Shown in pieces: positions 31,158-34,928 of a stretch of 34,928 nt of DNA; within the stretch, counting starts at the first letter, position 1; the number at the start of each line of letters is the position of its first letter. The stretch spans positions 1-34,928 of the forward strand of contig JANMWM010000012.1 in NCBI GenBank assembly GCA_031394005.1, read 5' to 3'. Under the pieces are notes generated by a model. That model was not told the DNA's origin, did not search any database, and worked only from the letters and a program-made list of their open reading frames with translations. This stretch comes from Sphingomonas sp. Its GTDB lineage: Bacteria; Pseudomonadota; Alphaproteobacteria; Sphingomonadales; Sphingomonadaceae. The position numbers and the translations under genes were made by a program.

Positions 31158-31329
31158 CGGCCCAGACGACATTGGTCAGGGGCGACTGATCCCGACGATG
31201 GCGGTCGATCAATATGCCGCTACCCTCGCCAGCTGGTTCGGGATCGCGGCGTCGGACCTGCCGACCGTGGTGCCCAACATCGCCAACTACGCCGGCAGCC
31301 CGCCCGGAACGAACATCGGTTTCGTCTAG
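31156..31329 (+). pseudogene. 3' remnant (57 codons) of a DUF1501-like gene
   Basis: A frame absent from the ORF track reads GGPDDIGQGRLIPTMAVDQYAATLASWFGIAASDLPTVVPNIANYAGSPPGTNIGFV*, matching the DUF1501 C-terminus as I recall it, with mostly G/C-ending codons. Confidence 0.75.
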
Positions 31330-31425
31330 ATGGCTGTGCGGGCATCCCGCCACGCTTTAGGCGGAAAACTTCGCCGCCGCGCCCGCGCCGTCCAAAACCG
31401 CCCCCACAAAAGCGCATCGTCCCCA

Positions 31426-31454
31426 CTGGCACCGGCCATTGCCGCCGCTATAGT
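31426..31454 (+). promoter_or_regulatory. Putative sigma70 promoter of dnaN
   Basis: CTGGCA, 17-nt spacer, TATAGT, ending 36 nt before ATG 31491. Confidence 0.5.
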
Positions 31455-31490
31455 GATTGTGAAACGCGTAAGCACGGGGCGAAGAACATC

Positions 31491-32594
31491 ATGAAGGCGA
31501 CGATCGAGCGGGCAACCCTGTTGAAGAGCCTCGGCCACGTCCAGTCGGTCGTCGAGCGCCGCAACACCATCCCGATCCTGTCCAACGTCCTCATCGAGGC
31601 CGAGGAGGGAGGCAGCATCCGCCTCATGGCGACCGACCTCGACCTTCAGGTCGACGAGCATGTCCCGGCGCAGGTCAGCCAGGCCGGCGCGACTACCGTT
31701 TCGGCGCACACCTTCTTCGACATCGTCCGCAAGCTGCCCGAAGGGAGCCAGGTCGAGATCTCCGCCGCGGATGGCAAGATGCAGGTCATCGCGGGGCGCG
31801 CGAGATTCAACCTTTCGACCCTGCCGCGCGATGATTTCCCCGTGATTGCCGAGGGCGAACTGCCGACGCGCTTCGAGCTTCCCGCCGCGACGCTGCGCCA
31901 GATAATCGACAAGACCCGCTTTGCCATCTCGAGCGAAGAAACCCGCTATTATCTGATGGGCATCTTCCTCCACATCGCCGACGACAGGCTGAAAGCCGCC
32001 GCGACCGATGGCCATCGCCTCGCCCGTGTCACCGTCGCCAAACCTGACGGCGCCGATGGTATGCCCGACGTGATCATCCCCAAGAAGTGCGTCCAGGAAA
32101 TCCGCAAGCTGCTCGACGAGGTCGACGGCACGCTCGAAATCTCGCTCTCGCCCACAAAAATTCGCTTCAACCTCGGCACTGCGGTGCTCACTTCGAAGCT
32201 GATCGACGGCACCTTCCCCGATTACACCCGCGTCATCCCGACCGGCAACGACAAGCTGCTCAAACTCGACCCGAAGAGTTTCGCCGCCGGCGTCGACCGC
32301 GTTTCGACCATCGCCAGCGAGAAGACCCGCGCCGTCAAGATCGCGCTCGACCGGGACCGGGTTACCCTCTCGGTGACCAGCCCCGAGAACGGCCTCGCCA
32401 CCGAGGAACTCGCCGCCGACTATAGCAGCGACGCCATCGAGATCGGCTTCAACGCCCGCTACCTGCTCGACATCCTCGCCCAGATCGACGGCGACACCGT
32501 CGAAGTCCACCTGGCCGACGCCGCCGCGCCGACGCTATTGCGCGAAAACGACAAGAGCGACGCGCTGTATGTCATCATGCCAATGCGCGTGTGA
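31491..32594 (+). CDS. dnaN: DNA polymerase III beta sliding clamp
   Basis: MKATIER...RRNTIPILSNV, ATDL, ETRYYL, ATDGHRL, SKLIDGTFPDY, IGFNARY, VIMPMRV. 367 aa. Confidence 0.98.
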   Translation: MKATIERATLLKSLGHVQSVVERRNTIPILSNVLIEAEEGGSIRLMATDLDLQVDEHVPAQVSQAGATTVSAHTFFDIVRKLPEGSQVEISAADGKMQVIAGRARFNLSTLPRDDFPVIAEGELPTRFELPAATLRQIIDKTRFAISSEETRYYLMGIFLHIADDRLKAAATDGHRLARVTVAKPDGADGMPDVIIPKKCVQEIRKLLDEVDGTLEISLSPTKIRFNLGTAVLTSKLIDGTFPDYTRVIPTGNDKLLKLDPKSFAAGVDRVSTIASEKTRAVKIALDRDRVTLSVTSPENGLATEELAADYSSDAIEIGFNARYLLDILAQIDGDTVEVHLADAAAPTLLRENDKSDALYVIMPMRV

Positions 32595-32619
32595 GGGAGC
32601 GGGGGCCGGTCGGCTGCAG

Positions 32620-33042
32620 CTAGTCCTTCGAGAGCCGCCGCTTGTTCGCCGTCGCCGTAGCGTGGATCGGGCGCAGCGCGCGGACCCCACTCGACAGCGC
32701 GCGGGTGCCGATGCGTTGCGATCTTGCGGCAATTGACTGGGCGGCGCCAAAGCTCGGCGGGCGCCCGCTCATCCACAGCGACCCCAGCGCCTGAGCCTGC
32801 GCGACCATCTCGCCGTGAAGCTTGGTCCAATCGCTCGCCAGGATCGCCCCCGATTTGGCAAAGGCACTGCTCTTCTCGTCGACCATCCGGGTCAGTTCGC
32901 GCGTGTCGGCGTTGAGCGGGTTGCGCGTTGCCTCGGCGATCGTCCCCGACCGGCTGGCGATCACCGACTGCGAGGCGTCGAGCGTCTCGCCGACCATCCG
33001 CCCGGCTTTCATCATGTCGAACCAGAACGAGAATACATTCAT
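32620..33042 (-). CDS. Hypothetical helical protein, possibly phasin-like
   Basis: 140 aa after a GAAAGGG RBS, with ELTRMVDEK and [11 protein letters not shown] motifs. Fills the dnaN-recF gap. Confidence 0.65.
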   Translation of the reverse strand: MNVFSFWFDMMKAGRMVGETLDASQSVIASRSGTIAEATRNPLNADTRELTRMVDEKSSAFAKSGAILASDWTKLHGEMVAQAQALGSLWMSGRPPSFGAAQSIAARSQRIGTRALSSGVRALRPIHATATANKRRLSKD

Positions 33043-33164
33043 CGCGCAACCCTTTCGGAGAGACACTTAGGCTCTCCCGCCAGTTTCAACCAGCAACTTG
33101 TCCCGACGAGACCATGCAGTTCTTGCATCGCTTGTTCCATTCTCGGACCGCGCTAGGACGAAGC

Positions 33165-34226
33165 GTGCCGCTGAACCGCCTGACCCTGACCGATTTCCGT
33201 TCCTACGGCGAAGCGGCCATCGAGCCGGGACCGGGCTTCGTCATCCTGACGGGCAACAATGGCGCGGGCAAGACGAACATCCTCGAAGCGGTCTCCCTGC
33301 TTGCCCCGGGCCGGGGGCTGCGCGGCGCTGCGCTTGGCGAGATGGCAAGAAGCAGCGGGCCGGGCGGGTTCGGAGTGGCCGGTCGGCTCGCCCGCGACAC
33401 CCAATTGGCGACGGGTACGCTCGCTGCGGCACCGGAGCGGCGGCAGGTGCGGATCAACGGCGCGGCGGCATCGGTCAACGCGCTTGGCGAATGGCTTTCG
33501 ATCCTGTGGCTGACCCCGGCGATGGACCGGTTGTTCGCGGCCAGCGCGGGAGACCGGCGACGGTTCCTTGACCGGCTGGTGCTTGCGCTAGAGCCAGGCC
33601 ATGCCAGCCACGCCGCGCGCTACGAAGCGGCGATGCGGGCGCGAAACAAGCTGCTCGCGGAACCCGACAGCGCGGATCCGACGTGGCTCGCGGCGCTCGA
33701 GGCGGGGATGGCCGAGCATGGCGTCGCCCTCGCCGAAGCCCGCGGGCGGACCGTCGAGGCGCTTCGCGAGGCGATTGCGTCGGCCCCTTTAATCGACTTT
33801 CCCCGCGCCGCCCTGGCGCTCGAGGGAGGGACCGCGGGGGACTTGGCCACCCGCCTCCGCGCCAATCGCGGCAGGGACGCGGCGACCGGGCGAGCGACCG
33901 AGGGGCCGCATCGGCAGGATCTGTCGGTAGTGCATGTCGCCAAGAGCCAGCCCGCCGCCAGCGCCTCGACCGGCGAGCAGAAAGCGCTGCTGCTGGGACT
34001 GGTCCTCGCCCATGCCGAACTGGTCACGCAGCGGCTCGGGGTGGCGCCGATCCTGTTGCTCGACGAGGTCGCCGCCCACCTCGATCCGGCGCGCCGCGCG
34101 GCGCTGTTCGGACGGCTCGAAGGGCGGGGCCAGGTGTGGATGACGGGCACCGAACCGGCGCTGTTCGAGGCGATCGGAACGGCGTCCCGGTTTACCATCG
34201 CGGACGGGCAGATCGCCTCCGCCTGA
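33165..34226 (+). CDS. recF: DNA replication/repair protein RecF
   Basis: DFRSY, Walker [34 protein letters not shown]. Confidence 0.96.
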   Translation: MPLNRLTLTDFRSYGEAAIEPGPGFVILTGNNGAGKTNILEAVSLLAPGRGLRGAALGEMARSSGPGGFGVAGRLARDTQLATGTLAAAPERRQVRINGAAASVNALGEWLSILWLTPAMDRLFAASAGDRRRFLDRLVLALEPGHASHAARYEAAMRARNKLLAEPDSADPTWLAALEAGMAEHGVALAEARGRTVEALREAIASAPLIDFPRAALALEGGTAGDLATRLRANRGRDAATGRATEGPHRQDLSVVHVAKSQPAASASTGEQKALLLGLVLAHAELVTQRLGVAPILLLDEVAAHLDPARRAALFGRLEGRGQVWMTGTEPALFEAIGTASRFTIADGQIASA

Positions 34227-34468
34227 CGCCCGACCTTGCTCCGCCGCACAAATAGCTGGACTTTTGTGCCGCGCTCCCCCACTGGACTTGTATCACGAGA
34301 CACATGCAGCGTGATCGGACCCACCTCGAATCGAGGATAAGGGGCCCCCGGCGGTGTCTCGAGCGATTAATCGCTTCAAGCTCTCCTATCACGCGGGGCG
34401 CCCCACATTCCCGTCGCCCCCTCCGTGCCAATCCGGCGCGGTGTGCGCGGCCACTCAAGGTATTTCCC

Positions 34469-34928
34469 ATTACGACATTCCAGTCCCTCGGGCTCTCGCA
34501 GCCCGTCCTCGATGCGCTCGCGTCGAAGAACTACACCACACCCACGCCGATCCAGGCGCAAGCCATCCCGACCGTGCTGAGCGGTCGCGACCTGCTCGGC
34601 ATTGCCCAGACCGGCACGGGCAAGACCGCTGCCTTCATGCTTCCCTCGATCGACCGCCTGGTCGCGAGCGGCAAGAAGGCCGCCCCCGGCCGCTGCCGCA
34701 TGCTGGTCATCGCGCCGACGCGTGAACTCGCCGCCCAGATCGCCGAGAATGCCAAATTATATGCTCGTGGCTCGCGGCTGCACGTCGCGACCGTATTCGG
34801 CGGCACGTCGATCTACAAGAACAAGCAGGACATGGCGAAGGGCGTCGACATCCTCGTTTGCACCCCGGGCCGCCTCGTTGACCTGATGGAGAATCGCGCG
34901 GTCAGCCTCGATGCAACCGAGATCCTCG
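34469..34928 (+). CDS. DEAD-box RNA helicase (RhlE-like), partial, absent from the ORF track
   Basis: FQSLGL, Q motif TPTPIQAQAIP, AQTGTGKT, APTRELA, FGG, TPGRL. Runs off the window end. Confidence 0.93.
   Translation, partial: MTTFQSLGLSQPVLDALASKNYTTPTPIQAQAIPTVLSGRDLLGIAQTGTGKTAAFMLPSIDRLVASGKKAAPGRCRMLVIAPTRELAAQIAENAKLYARGSRLHVATVFGGTSIYKNKQDMAKGVDILVCTPGRLVDLMENRAVSLDATEIL

Noticed and set aside
29970-31490. DnaA boxes or replication origin near dnaN (TTACCCCACA at 29971, CCCCCACA near 31401)
   Set aside because: Poor, isolated matches to TTATCCACA, no AT-rich unwinding region and no dnaA.
3469-32510. Many long antisense or alternate-frame ORFs (e.g. 3469-4707, 4759-6003, 6595-7860, 27027-28505, 31326-32510)
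   Set aside because: Each overlaps a well-supported gene and has no recognisable domain. Stop-codon scarcity explains them.

Overview
GC-rich (about two-thirds GC by spot counts), densely coded chromosomal region from an alphaproteobacterium, most likely a sphingomonad (inferred from gene content and protein style). It is mostly housekeeping and envelope genes: hisS-prfA-prmC, M61 peptidase, ppa, two TonB-dependent receptors, amidase, SMR/DUF1345/DMT transporters, aspartic protease, ispG, S1/P1 nuclease, an SPFH-RHH-hydrolase-small membrane protein operon, isoaspartyl peptidase, a cbp3-yceD-HAD-SDR-ridA-GDPD-GNAT run, bamE, kynA plus a kynureninase-like gene, TetR-TBDR-MFS, dnaN, recF and the start of a DEAD-box helicase. 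I see no rRNA, tRNA, CRISPR array, transposase, integrase or phage gene. The most striking feature is an 846-codon ORF joining a MASE1/PAS membrane sensor N-terminus in frame to the complete DnaN clamp. The joining segment hides, in another frame, the last 57 codons of what looks like a DUF1501 gene, so it is most likely a deletion scar (or assembly chimera) that could accidentally yield a membrane-tethered beta clamp. Other notable points: a low-GC, divergent HisRS C-terminus; a G9 tract frameshifting the SPFH gene; lesions clustered in accessory genes; two clean operator palindromes; a probable ATT start behind a structured leader in the helicase gene; and a recurrent leaderless-promoter pattern. 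All family assignments come from motif recognition by eye, without database searches. I cannot claim a confirmed new system.
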